NCBI GenBank assembly: GCA_963825315.1
Contig: CAWGST010000001.1
Span: 1,877,460-1,941,459, forward strand
Length of the DNA stretch: 64,000 nt
Direction: 5' to 3'
From: an uncultured Verrucomicrobiae bacterium
GTDB lineage: Bacteria; Verrucomicrobiota; Verrucomicrobiia; Limisphaerales; Palsa-1400
The stretch's first letter is position 1; each line of letters begins with the position of its first letter. The notes under the pieces are model-generated. The model was not told the DNA's origin and ran no database searches. It saw nothing but the letters and a program-made list of their open reading frames with translations. Positions 10,417-20,853 of the stretch are shown piece after piece. The translations under genes and the position numbers were made by a program.

Positions 10417-13400
10417 CTATGGATCACTAGGAGGCAGTTGCAAACCGAAAAATTCTGGTGTGTAGCCGCCCGTAGGGAGCGAAACGCCCGCAGAATTACC
10501 GGCTTTAACAGCTTCATGGATACAATTATGCGTGGAAGAATTCCAAATTCCGGGATTGTTATAAAGATTCTCTGTGTCGTTCAAACCACCGAGCAATCCC
10601 TGAAATCCAATGGCATATACCCTTTGATTATTCGCATCCCCATTATTAGTATCCAGGTACCCAGGCCCCTGTTTTATTGGTGGAATTAGGGAAATGAAGA
10701 CTGCATTACTCGGCGAGTAGCCAACTTGTTGGTTTAACCATTGAGAACAATTTGTCGATGTAAACTGGTTGATCGCCGCAGAGGGAGCGGAATTAAGCAA
10801 CTCCCACCAAGCGTGGCCGCGCCAACCCCGTTTCCATAAACAGGATAACCGGCCGGGGGCCCATAAGGACCGAAATAATAATACGGGTATAATGGCCACG
10901 GCTCGCGCACAAAAACTTCAAAGCATGACTTGTATTTGGTTGCGCCGACCAAATAGGAGTAACGTTGCGGCGGAGCTTGCGGCGTAATATCCATCGTTGT
11001 GTTGTCTGGCAACACGGTAAAAATCTGGCCATTGGCATTTGCTGTTTTGCCATTAACAGTGATTTCATTGCCTGGAACCACTTGAGTGGTCCAGTCTTGG
11101 TTGAACGTGTCGGGTAAGGGTACGGGGAAGGATAAATAAGCCGTCGCTCCGACGTCAATTTCGACCAGATTCTGACGCCCGGCTACTCCCTTGCCACCGG
11201 TCTGAAGTCTCACGGTTGTGGCGGTGTGCAGGTTGTAATCAGTCTCCCCCGATTCCGAACACTGATCCGAGTTGATGTTCCACTCAAAGTGATCGGTTTC
11301 CGACCACTCCTCAGTCCCTAACAGCGGAGGGCCAACGGAGTTTGTTTCATCGTCACCAAAGGAGTCAGTATATACGCATACACCGGGAGCTGTTGGGGAA
11401 TAGGTGTAAACGTACTTATACCAACAGATAGGATAGTCACTACAAGGGCTGGCAAGGTCTGCTGTATAGTATTCTGTTGCCGTCCCGCCAGCCATGACAT
11501 CCCAACAGGTTTGCGACTCAAAACTATCCGTTAGCGTACCTGGGCAGTTCGGGTCACAATTATTGCAATCGGTGGTTGAGCTATTTTCTTGAGAATCGCA
11601 ACTCTGCAAATAAACCATGGTTGGCTGGTCGGTTTGCACCTGGGCGGCAATGCTGTCGCCTGCTGTCGGATTGCCCGGCGTGCCGTCCGATGGCGGTGTC
11701 GTTCCGGTTCCGTTGCCGTTATTATCGGAGTTGGGAATAGCGCGCGCTTCGACCACGGCGGTTCCTCCAGGCCCGAGCGGCACCGAATCGGCTTCCCAGT
11801 TTCCCTGGCCGTCTTGGGTGGCTTGAACTCCGTTCACCCATAACGTGTAATTCGTCAGCGCGATTGTTCCGGTCACAACGGAAATAATGTCGCGCCGGCT
11901 TCCTCCAAGCGCGCTGGAAAAATCGTCAATCGTCAATCCCGCACTGACGGAGTTGATCGTCAGGTTGGTGGTGGAGATGTTGCCGACGGCGTCCATTGCT
12001 GTAAGCGTAACATAATTCGTCCCCGCCAGCAATGGCGCGTTTTCCACCCAGAACAATCCATTGCGCTCGACCAAACCTTGGACGGTGTTGGTGTTGCCGC
12101 TGGAATCCACGATTTGGGCCGTGAGGCTCGCCGTGAAATCATCCAGCGCACCGCGCAGCGTAAACGCGGCGCCGCTGACTTGATCGCCATTCTGCGGCCA
12201 ATAGACCTGAATGGCCGGCGGATTGGTTTTGCCGGAGTAATCCAAAGTATAGGTGAAATTGGTGGTGGTGACGTTGCCTGCCATATCGGTGGCGTGGAAG
12301 GTGACAACATTGTCCCCGTTCGTCAGCGGAACATCGAAAGCTTGGAACGTGTTGGTCGCAATGCTCCAGGTGTTGGTGTCGCAGTACTGACTGAGCACGA
12401 AGGCTGGCTGGTTGCTGAAGAAGCCCGCCGCGTTGTTGAGGTCGAAGGTGAGACTGGCCAGAGGATCGGTGCAAAAGCCCTGTAGTTCGATCATCGGCTG
12501 AATGATGATGCCGGCGGCTGGATTGGTGATGATCAGGACGGGAGGGGTAAGAATGAGCTTGAGCTGAATTTGTTCCCACGTCTGTTGCGCATTCGGCGGC
12601 AAGCCTCTCAGCCCCAGCCAAACCGAATGCCAGCCTTCCACGCTGCCCAAGTTAATGGCGGGATTCGAATTGTAAGGCGTCCAAGTGGCGTCGGAGAAGT
12701 TCGTGCTGTCCACCAGCACAGCATCGTACGAGGGCCAGCCGGCAGAAACGGCAACCTGGACTGCCGCGCTGCTGGTGTTGAAGTATCGGTTCGTCGCGCT
12801 GAGCGAAAAACTGATGATGTTGGGGTCCCAGTTATTTAGATAATCGGTCACAAGCTGCACGCCGCTCGCGTCCAAATTCGTATCCGACAAATCCAGCGAC
12901 CCAAAGAACCACCAGAACCACCACAGCGGGGTTGTATTTCCATTGGCAGTCACGCCTGTCCAATCCTCTGCCTCCATGAACAGATTCTGCCGGTCCAACG
13001 CCTGCACCGTGAAGGGCATCACTCCTGCATTCGTCGGCCACACTTCCGTTTCCACGTTCCACTCCGTCAGCAGATCAGTACCTGCTCCAAATGGCATAAA
13101 CCTGATTGGTGGGATTATTCAAATTCAATGAGACTATGCCGTTGGTGATGCCGGTAATCTGCATCCACAGCCCGTTCGTCGAAAAGAACGCGCCAGAGGA
13201 GGAAACACCCCCACCGGATGAATTCGTGCCGTCGCCGCCACCGCCGGGCGGCGAAGGCGCGACGCTGTCATCCATGGGCCGCATCCCTTCATCACTGCCT
13301 CGTCGCCAGGCCCCTTCCCGTGCTGAATAATCAACCGAACTGTCATCGATCAAGAAGTTGCCTTGGCCGAGTGAATAAACCGGCAAATCCGGAGACCAGT

Positions 13401-13689
13401 CAAAAGGGGTCGGCGGAAAATTCTGAGTGGAATAAAATATGCCGCTTTGCGGTACCGCATCGGGCGGGACTGGCGATACTGAACCCGCGCCCACGAGCAG
13501 CGCGGCAATGGTTTGTGACATCACATCGGGCGGAACAGGCGATGGCGTTCCTGTCTGAGCATGTGAGGAGAAGCTGATTCCAAGAAAAATCGCCAGCACT
13601 ATGGCTTGCCATGCCACCATATTCGTGACGTGAACACCGAACCAGCCCAGGAATTTTCGTTTGAGCGTCTTACTATCAGCAGAGTTCAT
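10417..13689 (-). CDS. Large secreted multidomain protein (~1090 aa if frame breaks at ~13081 and ~10817 are repaired) with LRAT/NlpC-P60-like C-terminal tip
   Basis: ORFs 13075-13689, 10734-13097 and 10417-10899 are contiguous in sense. The product has a signal peptide, a PxP/Gly linker, Thr/Asn-rich beta-sandwich repeats, a Cys-rich module, and a tip reading GHAWWEL..(97 aa)..THNCIHEA. Confidence 0.6.
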
Positions 13690-13846
13690 CAGATTTTACC
13701 TTTGTAAATTGTTCAGTGCAAATTCCGAGAAACGCCCTGTTATGGTGTTGATTACGGGAAGATGCAACCCCTTTTTTGTCTTTTGCGTCTCTTTTTTTGC
13801 CGTTCTCTTCAGTCAAACACAAAAAATATGTGACGCAAAGCCGACA

Positions 13847-14113
13847 TTAGGCTTTTCCAAGAAGCGTTTCCCAAGAGGAGCGTAATGCCCGTTGAATGCG
13901 AATGAACGTCGTGTACAGGATGTCCACACGGCCTGCCTCGATCTTTTGAATCGTCCGTGGATGGAGGCTCGCCATTTCTCCCAACCGTTCCTGGGTAATC
14001 CCTTGAAGCACCCGCTCCCGTCGGATATTGGCTCCTAACGCTTTCAGTTGTGTTGCCCGAATACGATCCAATGGCATCGCAACATTGAGGACATTCCGGC
14101 ACCAAATTGACAC
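13847..14113 (-). CDS. XRE-family helix-turn-helix transcriptional regulator
   Basis: LKALGANIRRERVLQGITQERLGEMASLHPRTIQKIEAGR is a classic Cro/C1 HTH. The likely start is 14077 (MPLDRI). It is co-directional with, and upstream of, the large secreted-protein gene. Confidence 0.75.
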   Translation of the reverse strand: MSIWCRNVLNVAMPLDRIRATQLKALGANIRRERVLQGITQERLGEMASLHPRTIQKIEAGRVDILYTTFIRIQRALRSSWETLLGKA

Positions 14114-14208
14114 GGCACAACAGGGCGTGAATTAGCGAACATTCGATTGCCATATTATTTGGCTTGAGTGAGGGAGCTCCCGTCTCCCGTTCCTTCCGCT
14201 CGCAGGCG

Positions 14209-16119
14209 TTATTGGGAGTTCGTCATTGGCACCGGGTCAACGCCTTGCTTCATCCAGATCATAAGGATTCCTATGTCCGATGGGGAAACACCGGAAATGC
14301 GCGCGGCCTGGCCCAGGGTGGCCGGTTGTATTTTGGCCAGCTTTTGACGGGCTTCGGTTCGCAGGCTCGGAACTTTGCCATAGTCCATCCAGGATGGGAT
14401 CATCTTGTCTTCAAGCGTTTTCATTTTGGCCACTTCAATTTCCTGGCGGGCAATGTATCCCTCATATTTCAAGGCAATTTCGACTTGTTGAATCACTTCG
14501 GCGGACACGTTGTCGTTTTGCTTGGGGAGATCGGAATGGGTGATTTCCGGGCGGCGCAGGAGTTGGGCGAGAGTGTTGCTTCCTTCGCGGGTTTTTTCCA
14601 ATCTTTCCAGCTCATTCTCTATCGCTGCTTTCTTGGCTTCGAATTCTCGGTAATTGCGCTCGGGCAGCAAACCGATTTCATGGCCCGCCCCGCTCAAGCG
14701 CAGATCGGCGTTGTCCTGGCGGAGCAGCAAACGATACTCGGCGCGGGAGGTGAACATCCGGTACGGTTCAATGGTGCCTTTGGTGACCAAATCATCAATG
14801 AGCACACCGATATAAGCCTCGTTCCGGCGAAGGATGACTGGAGCGCGATTCTGGACCCGGCGGACGGCGTTGATCCCGGCCATGAGACCTTGAGCGCCAG
14901 CTTCTTCGTAACCGGAGGTGCCATTGATTTGTCCCGCCAGAAAAAGATTGCGGCAGACCTTCGTCTCCAATGAGGGATGGAGCTGGGTCGGGAGAGCGAA
15001 GTCGTACTCGACAGCGTAGGCGGGGCGCATAATGTCCGCCTTTTCGCAGCCAATAATGGTTCGAACCAATGCGACCTGGACCTCGAAAGGCAGGCAGGTC
15101 GAGAAACCGTTCACATAGATTTCGTCGGTTGCAATTCCCTCCGGCTCGAGAAAAATCTGCTGCCGTTCCTTTTCCGGGAATTTGACGATTTTATCTTCAA
15201 TTGATGGACAGTACCTCGGCCCGACTCCTTCAATGACCCCCGAATACATCGGGGATTTGTGCAGGTTGGCGCGGATGATTTGGGCTGTGGCATCCGTGGT
15301 ATAAGTGACGTAACAAGGCAACTGGCCATTAATCTGGGCGAGGATGGAACCCGGGGGGTATTTGCCAACCGGCGTCCCGCCGGTTGATTCAGACCCGGAA
15401 TGTTCCACGTGGAACAAATCGTCTTTCCAGTAGGTGAAATACGGCGGCGGCTCGTCGCCGGGTTGGATTTGGGTCTTTGAAAAATCAATGCTTCGCCGCA
15501 GAAGCCGGGGAGGGGTTCCGGTCTTGAGCCGGCCCAATTCAATTCCAATCTCTTTCAGGGAACCGGACAGTCCCATCGCGGCGGCTTCCCCTGCCCGCCC
15601 GCCGGCTTGCTGGTTGGTTCCAATGTGCATCAGACCCCGTAAGAATGTTCCGGTGGTCACGACAATTGTGGCGCCGAGGTACTGGACCTCCAAGGTCGTT
15701 TCCACTCCATAGGCTGTGCCGTCCTTGTATAGCAGTTTGAAAACCTGTCCCTGCTTGACATCCAATTGCGGCTCTCGTTCGCAAATCCATTTCAAGCGAA
15801 ATTGATACGCCTTCTTGTCGCACTGGGCGCGAGGCGCCCAAACGGATGGACCTTTCTTGGTGTTGAGCATCCGAAATTGCAGCCCGGTCATGTCGGTCGT
15901 CTTGCCCATCTCCCCGCCCAGCGCGTCGATCTCGCGGGCGAGATGGCCTTTGGCTAATCCGCCGATGGCAGGATTGCACGACATCTGGCCAATCGTGTCG
16001 GCATTGATGGTCAGCAGGAGGGTTTCGCATCCCATCCTGGCCGCCGCCAAAGCAGCCTCGACCCCGGCGTGTCCCGCGCCGATGACGATGACATCATATT
16101 GTTTTGGATAGACGAACAT
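14209..16119 (-). CDS. mnmG: tRNA uridine 5-carboxymethylaminomethyl modification enzyme MnmG (GidA)
   Basis: 636-aa ORF with the FAD fold YDVIVIGAGHAGVEAALAAARMG, GQMSCNPAIGG, and the GidA C-terminal domain. Confidence 0.97.
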   Translation of the reverse strand: MFVYPKQYDVIVIGAGHAGVEAALAAARMGCETLLLTINADTIGQMSCNPAIGGLAKGHLAREIDALGGEMGKTTDMTGLQFRMLNTKKGPSVWAPRAQCDKKAYQFRLKWICEREPQLDVKQGQVFKLLYKDGTAYGVETTLEVQYLGATIVVTTGTFLRGLMHIGTNQQAGGRAGEAAAMGLSGSLKEIGIELGRLKTGTPPRLLRRSIDFSKTQIQPGDEPPPYFTYWKDDLFHVEHSGSESTGGTPVGKYPPGSILAQINGQLPCYVTYTTDATAQIIRANLHKSPMYSGVIEGVGPRYCPSIEDKIVKFPEKERQQIFLEPEGIATDEIYVNGFSTCLPFEVQVALVRTIIGCEKADIMRPAYAVEYDFALPTQLHPSLETKVCRNLFLAGQINGTSGYEEAGAQGLMAGINAVRRVQNRAPVILRRNEAYIGVLIDDLVTKGTIEPYRMFTSRAEYRLLLRQDNADLRLSGAGHEIGLLPERNYREFEAKKAAIENELERLEKTREGSNTLAQLLRRPEITHSDLPKQNDNVSAEVIQQVEIALKYEGYIARQEIEVAKMKTLEDKMIPSWMDYGKVPSLRTEARQKLAKIQPATLGQAARISGVSPSDIGILMIWMKQGVDPVPMTNSQ

Positions 16120-16139
16120 GCTTGGATTTCATTCAACTA

Positions 16140-16263
16140 GAGCATTTTAAATAAAGACATAGCCGTAGAATGTCTCGTCGGCGAGACGCCGACGAGTGCG
16201 ACCGAGACGGTCGCGCTCCCCGAAACCGAACAGCATACGGCTACATTCAAATTTAAAATGCTC
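16140..16263. mobile_element. MITE (124 bp) derived from or mobilisable by the IS630-family element
   Basis: Flanked by TA on both sides. The ends GAGCATTTTAAATAAAGACATAGCC and GGCTACATTCAAATTTAAAATGCTC closely match the IS630 IRs at 39507 and 51620. There is no ORF, and the interior holds two AGA-loop hairpins. Confidence 0.75.
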
Positions 16264-16475
16264 TAATTGCATACCTATCTTAAATGCGGTTTCAATTTCC
16301 GCAACATAAAACCGACGAAGCACTCAAAAAACAAGTCAAAAATCAAGTTTTACTCGAAATTAGATACGTTAACGTTATCGTAACAGATTTGTGACATATT
16401 CTCGTGTAAATCATGCCATTTCATGGCCAAAAAGGCTGTTTTTTAAGTGGCCCGCCCAATGGTCACAGCCGATTG

Positions 16476-17055
16476 TCAGCCGTGGATTCCCGCGCAGCGC
16501 AGAGTGACGTGGACGATTTCCGCCGGCGCGTTGATCCGGATCGGAAACCAGTTGCCAATTCCATTGGACACGATCATTTGACCGCGTCCCCGCGTGTAAA
16601 GCCCCGACCAGTAACGAAAGAAAGCGGGACCGGCGCCGTGTTGACTGTCAAACATCAATTGCCCGCCGTGCGTGTGGCCGGACAGCGTCAACGGCAGGTC
16701 CGCCTCAACGGCCGCGTCGAAGGCGTGCGGATGATGCGCCAGCAAAATGGGGAAGGCATCCGGCTGGCGTTGCTTCATGAGTTCGCGCAGCCAGCCGGCG
16801 GTCACCAACTCGCATTGCCGGGGGGCGAAGCCGCTCACCCAGCGCAATCCGAACAATTGAACCGGATGGCCGCGGACATTGGCCACGGCCGACTCATTCA
16901 ACAGAAAGGGCACGCCCGCGGCTTTGACGCGCCGCTCGAATTCCGCGCCATTCTCCAGCAAATCATGGTTGCCTTCGATCATCCACAGGCCGTAACGCCC
17001 CTCCATCGCTTTAACCAGGGCAATTCCCTCGGAGAGGTCGGCCAGTTCGTAGTTA
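16476..17055 (-). pseudogene. Membrane-anchored metallophosphoesterase, C-terminal part (gene split by IS)
   Basis: YELADLSEGIALVKAMEGRYGLWMIEGNHD..LAHHPH..LSGHTHGGQ are calcineurin-like phosphoesterase motifs. The fragment joins in frame to 18876-19579 once the IS and one TSD copy are removed. Confidence 0.85.
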
Positions 17056-18875
17056 GTGTCTGAGAGAAAACTGTTCGCGCGAGCGTGGCGCAAGGCGTTT
17101 CTCGCGCCGGCTCGATTCGAATCTTTGGCGGTATTGGGATGCCGTTTGGAAAAAACCCAAGGAATCGTGGTCTGAGCCTCAAAAGATTCGCTGGTCAAAG
17201 TAGGCAGCGGGAACTATCCTGCGGTTCATGCGCAAGCGATTCGAGGTTCAATTGGCTTTGGGTAAAACACCGATCGAAAGAGTCGTGCTGCCGTCGCGGA
17301 GCCGCGACGAACTGCCCCCGGTTCTGGCGGGTCTGCAATGGATTTTCCAGACCCCTGAGATCAACGGCCAAGTGTTTGACCTGTTGGAAAAGAAGGTCGT
17401 GGCGGGCAGGAAGGCCACCGGGCGGCCGGGTTTGGACCTGTGGCACATTTTGGTTTTGGGTGTGGTGCGCCTGGCGCTGGACTGTGATTACGACCGGCTG
17501 GAATATCTGGCCAATTACGATGGTTTGTTGCGGCAGATCCTGGGCCTCCACCCCATGCTTTCAGAGCAGGAGAGGCCTTTTCACTACAAGACGCTTTCGG
17601 AAAACGTTTGTCAGGTGGATGAGGAGTTGCTGCGCCAGATCAACGTCCTGGTGGTTCAGGCCGGGCGGATCGCTTTCAAAAAAAAAGAAAACGGTCCCGC
17701 TGAACCGATCCGGGCCAAGGCCGACAGCTATGTGCTGGAGACCAACGTGCATTTTCCGACCGACCTGAACCTGTTGTGGGACGCCCAGCGCAAGTGTGCG
17801 GACCTGCTGCTGCCGCTGGTCGTGGCGGCCCGGCTGGGGGGCTGGCGCAAGTGTCAGGAATGGCGGCGCAAACTCAAAGGTCAGATGATTGCCTTGACGC
17901 GGCTGGCCAGTGGCGGCGGCCCCAAGAAGGAGCAGCGCCAGCAGGCGGCTGCTGCGGCCTATGTGCGGGACAGTTACCGTTTCGAGGAAAAAGTGTTCAC
18001 GACGATCCAGGCCTTGCCGGTGCCGCAGGACGTGGTGGAGTGGGCGCGGCGCGAGCAATTGGACTATTTCCACACCATGATGATCAAGCAACTGGACCTG
18101 GTGGAACGCCGCTTGCTCCAGGGCCAAACGATTCCCCATGAGGAGAAGATTTTCTCATTGTTCGAGCCGCACACCGAGTGGATCAACAAGGGCAAGCTCT
18201 TTCCGTCGGTGGAACTGGGGCATAAAGTATTATTGACAACAGATCAGCACGAATTGATTCTGGACTACAAAGTCATGGAGCAGTTGAACGATGTCGACGA
18301 AGTTATTGCCCTGGCCGATCGATTGCTGGGCGGCTACGGTGCCGGGGCTGTGGCCAGCCTGAGTGTTGACAAGGGCTTTAGCCGGGCAGAAGACCGTCAA
18401 CTGCTGGAGCTCTACATTCCAGAAGTCATCATGCCCAAACGCGGCAAGCGCAACAGTCAAGAACAGGCGCGAGAGGGGCAGCGCCGTTTTGTGGCGCTAC
18501 GCCGCCAGCACAACGCCATTGAATCGGACATTAACGCGCTGGAACATCACGGTTTGAATTATTGTCCCGACAAAGGCTGGCACGGGTTCAAGCGCTACGT
18601 GGGCTTTGGCGTGCTGGCTTACAACCTGCACAAGATCGGTCGGCGCCTGCTGGAGCGCCTGCCGGAGGCCGAACCGCCGAGAGTATTGTGCGCCTAAAAA
18701 AGCGGGTTTCGTAACAAAAGCGTGATTAAACCAGGTGAAATGTCGCCGCAAACCGCCTCTGCAATGGCTGGCCGGGTCAACAGCAAAAAACCGGCCAGAA
18801 AAACACCCCGCAAAACCGAGAGTCCCGGCTTCAGAAGGGTGCCGATTTGAAAAACACGAGTTTTCTCCCAATCAC
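17056..18875 (+). mobile_element. ISNCY-like (IS4-superfamily) insertion sequence, 1820 bp
   Basis: Imperfect IRs GTGTCTGAGAGAAAACT and AGTTTTCTCCCAATCAC. A 6-bp TSD TAGTTA is present at 17050-17055 and 18876-18881. Confidence 0.85.
17228..18697 (+). CDS. ISNCY-family-like DDE transposase
   Basis: 489-aa ORF. It has an SRDELPPVLAGLQWIF N-terminus and the blocks ETNVHFPTD, SVDKGF and NAIESDINALEHHGL. Confidence 0.8.
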   Translation: MRKRFEVQLALGKTPIERVVLPSRSRDELPPVLAGLQWIFQTPEINGQVFDLLEKKVVAGRKATGRPGLDLWHILVLGVVRLALDCDYDRLEYLANYDGLLRQILGLHPMLSEQERPFHYKTLSENVCQVDEELLRQINVLVVQAGRIAFKKKENGPAEPIRAKADSYVLETNVHFPTDLNLLWDAQRKCADLLLPLVVAARLGGWRKCQEWRRKLKGQMIALTRLASGGGPKKEQRQQAAAAAYVRDSYRFEEKVFTTIQALPVPQDVVEWARREQLDYFHTMMIKQLDLVERRLLQGQTIPHEEKIFSLFEPHTEWINKGKLFPSVELGHKVLLTTDQHELILDYKVMEQLNDVDEVIALADRLLGGYGAGAVASLSVDKGFSRAEDRQLLELYIPEVIMPKRGKRNSQEQAREGQRRFVALRRQHNAIESDINALEHHGLNYCPDKGWHGFKRYVGFGVLAYNLHKIGRRLLERLPEAEPPRVLCA

Positions 18876-19579
18876 TAGTTAATCAAGTCGCCTGTCAATA
18901 GAACCAGATCGGCCCGGAGCGCGTTGGTCGTGTTGACCATATCCCGCAAGATCCGGCCGCACGTCATCCTGCCCACATGGATATCGCTCACGTGCGCGAT
19001 GGTGATTCCGTCCAGGGCCCGGGGCAGCGCCGGAATCGAAAGCGTAAAGCGCCGCACGCGGAAATGGTTGAGTTGCGCCAGGGCCGCGCCTGTCAAACCA
19101 ACGGTGAACAAGGGCGGCGCCAGCGCGGCGGCGGCGCCCATGAATTCCCGGCGCGTCAGCGAATGCCCGCTTGCGGGAGCGGCCACGGGACGATCGCGCC
19201 GAACTCCCGTCAATCGGGCCATGCCCCGAACCACCCACGCGCAACCACACACGATTCCGAGCGGCAAAAGAACGGCTATCCCGAAAAAGTGCCAAATAAT
19301 GACCGCAACGAGGACGGCCTTCGGGGCTTGGCCGAGCAAGTCAACATGCCGCCAAGTTCCGACAATGATCGAAAGAAGGGCAGCCGTCTGCCCCGCCATA
19401 AAGACGCTGACCAGGACCCGCCACAGCCTCCTTTTCGTCAGGCGCATGGCCGCCATCCACCAAACGGCATCCAACACAATCATCAGTGGGACGATCAACA
19501 CACTGAACCAGAACCAAAACATGGTTCCAGCATAATTCGGCGCTCCAGTGCCCGCAATGTGAATACTACCAGTTCTCAC
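18876..19579 (-). pseudogene. Membrane-anchored metallophosphoesterase, N-terminal part (gene split by IS)
   Basis: Contains several TM helices followed by ITIAHVSDIHVG..DLVLLTGDLIN. The frame stops in the TSD at 18875-18877. Confidence 0.85.
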
Positions 19580-19604
19580 AGATAACCGGTACTTTCGCCT
19601 CTCC

Positions 19605-19663
19605 GGTAGGGCTGCGCTGCCGCGCAGCCTCCAAGCCCGGCGGCGCAGCAGCGCCGCCCTACC
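19605..19663. repeat. REP-like long hairpin (GGTAGGGCTGCGCTGCCGCGC..GCGCAGCAGCGCCGCCCTACC)
   Basis: 21-nt arms with 2 mismatches and a 17-nt loop, read directly from the sequence. Confidence 0.6.
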
Positions 19664-19734
19664 ATTGCACCGATTGTCATTGAGAAATGGTATATGGCCC
19701 GGCGAATTGGAATGGACTCCAAAACACGCGGAGT

Positions 19735-19926
19735 TCAGCAGCTTGGGTTGTAAGAACCACCGTAGCCGGGTTTGTAGAGGCGGACGCCCAGGACGTCACG
19801 CATGGTTTCAAAATGCTGGTCCCTGGCATAGACGCGGCAGTCCCAGCGCAGGGAAAGGCTGCCGATGAGGATGTCGTTCCAGGGAATGGTTTGTTTTTCG
19901 TTGTAATCGCGCATCTGATGGGCCAT
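19735..19926 (-). pseudogene. PIN-domain (VapC-like) C-terminal remnant
   Basis: TIPWNDILIGSLSLRWDCRVYARDQHFETM fits the C-terminal half of a PIN fold (nD.lIaa.al..l.l.TrD..F). The N-terminal acidic motifs are absent. Confidence 0.3.
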
Positions 19927-19927
19927 C

Positions 19928-20806
19928 TTACGATTTATTCTTCTCCAATAGACGAATGCGCGAGTCTCTCCACTTTTCCGCCTCTTCGGCCGGGAGTTCA
20001 AGCCAGATGCATCGCTTGTTCTGAATCTGAGGATCCGGACTGGTGTCGATAATGACTTCCTGCCACACATCCACGCTTCTGCCAAATTGCGCCCGCCCCT
20101 CCTCATTGTATTCGAACATGCAAAAGGAATTCCACGGATCAACGAGTCCCAATTTATTGGCCTCATTCTCCCCGGCAATCGGCACTTTGTGAATTCGCTT
20201 TAGAATCGAGAGGGGAACCGTGCGCGCTGAGATTCTCTTCCACAATGCCTCAAATGAGATTTTGGCCTGGGAAAACCGATTCTCCAAATCTTCGCCTTTT
20301 CTTGGCGCCCGATAAACAAAATGAGCGTGCGTCTTTCCTTCGCGCAGGGACTCCAGCATGGTTTCCAACATCTTCGCATCATGCAAGACAACAAAGGGCC
20401 GTCCCGATCTCATTGTCCAGGTTCTATCGCAGTATCCTGCCCGTTCAAGCACTTCGTTGATGGTTCGGGCTTTTAATATAACGGCGGGCATTTTCGGCTC
20501 TGTTTCAATGGCCGCCAGGCCCGACTCAGGAGGTGCAACGCCCAGCGGGAGCACCCGGTATAACTTCATCAATTGCAGTTCCGGCGGCGGCGGTTGCAGT
20601 TCGTCCGCCCTGGCCGCATCCACCTGCCGCTCCCACCAATGAAGGGTGGGCACCGACACACCCAAAGCGACGGCCACTTTGGTCGGGGCGCCAAGGGCCT
20701 TGCGAACATCATGCAAGGCCTTGCGGTCGGCGTTGTTCCATTTTTCCCTGGTCCGGCATGATTTGACAACCCTGTCCAAGTCTTCCCGGATTTTCTCCGC
20801 GTTCAT
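19928..20806 (-). CDS. Hypothetical protein with N-terminal HTH (LGAPTKVAVALGVSVPTLHWWERQ)
   Basis: 292-aa ORF with no recognisable C-terminal family. It is divergent from the efflux operon. Confidence 0.5.
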   Translation of the reverse strand: MNAEKIREDLDRVVKSCRTREKWNNADRKALHDVRKALGAPTKVAVALGVSVPTLHWWERQVDAARADELQPPPPELQLMKLYRVLPLGVAPPESGLAAIETEPKMPAVILKARTINEVLERAGYCDRTWTMRSGRPFVVLHDAKMLETMLESLREGKTHAHFVYRAPRKGEDLENRFSQAKISFEALWKRISARTVPLSILKRIHKVPIAGENEANKLGLVDPWNSFCMFEYNEEGRAQFGRSVDVWQEVIIDTSPDPQIQNKRCIWLELPAEEAEKWRDSRIRLLEKNKS

Positions 20807-20823
20807 TTTCGTTTCAGATGATA

Positions 20824-20853
20824 TTGCGCTAAATTCACACTAAACAGTATAAT
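20824..20853 (+). promoter_or_regulatory. Sigma-70-like promoter candidate for the efflux operon
   Basis: TTGCGC-N18-TATAAT, about 195 nt upstream of the MFP start. Confidence 0.3.

Noticed and set aside
19928-20110. Idea that the C-terminus of the 292-aa protein (..EVIIDTSPDPQ..) is the missing N-terminal half of the PIN remnant, joined by a frameshift.
   Set aside because: The distance from the DTS motif to the ND..I motif would be only ~45 aa, against ~90 aa in VapC. The intervening conserved Glu/Asp positions are absent.
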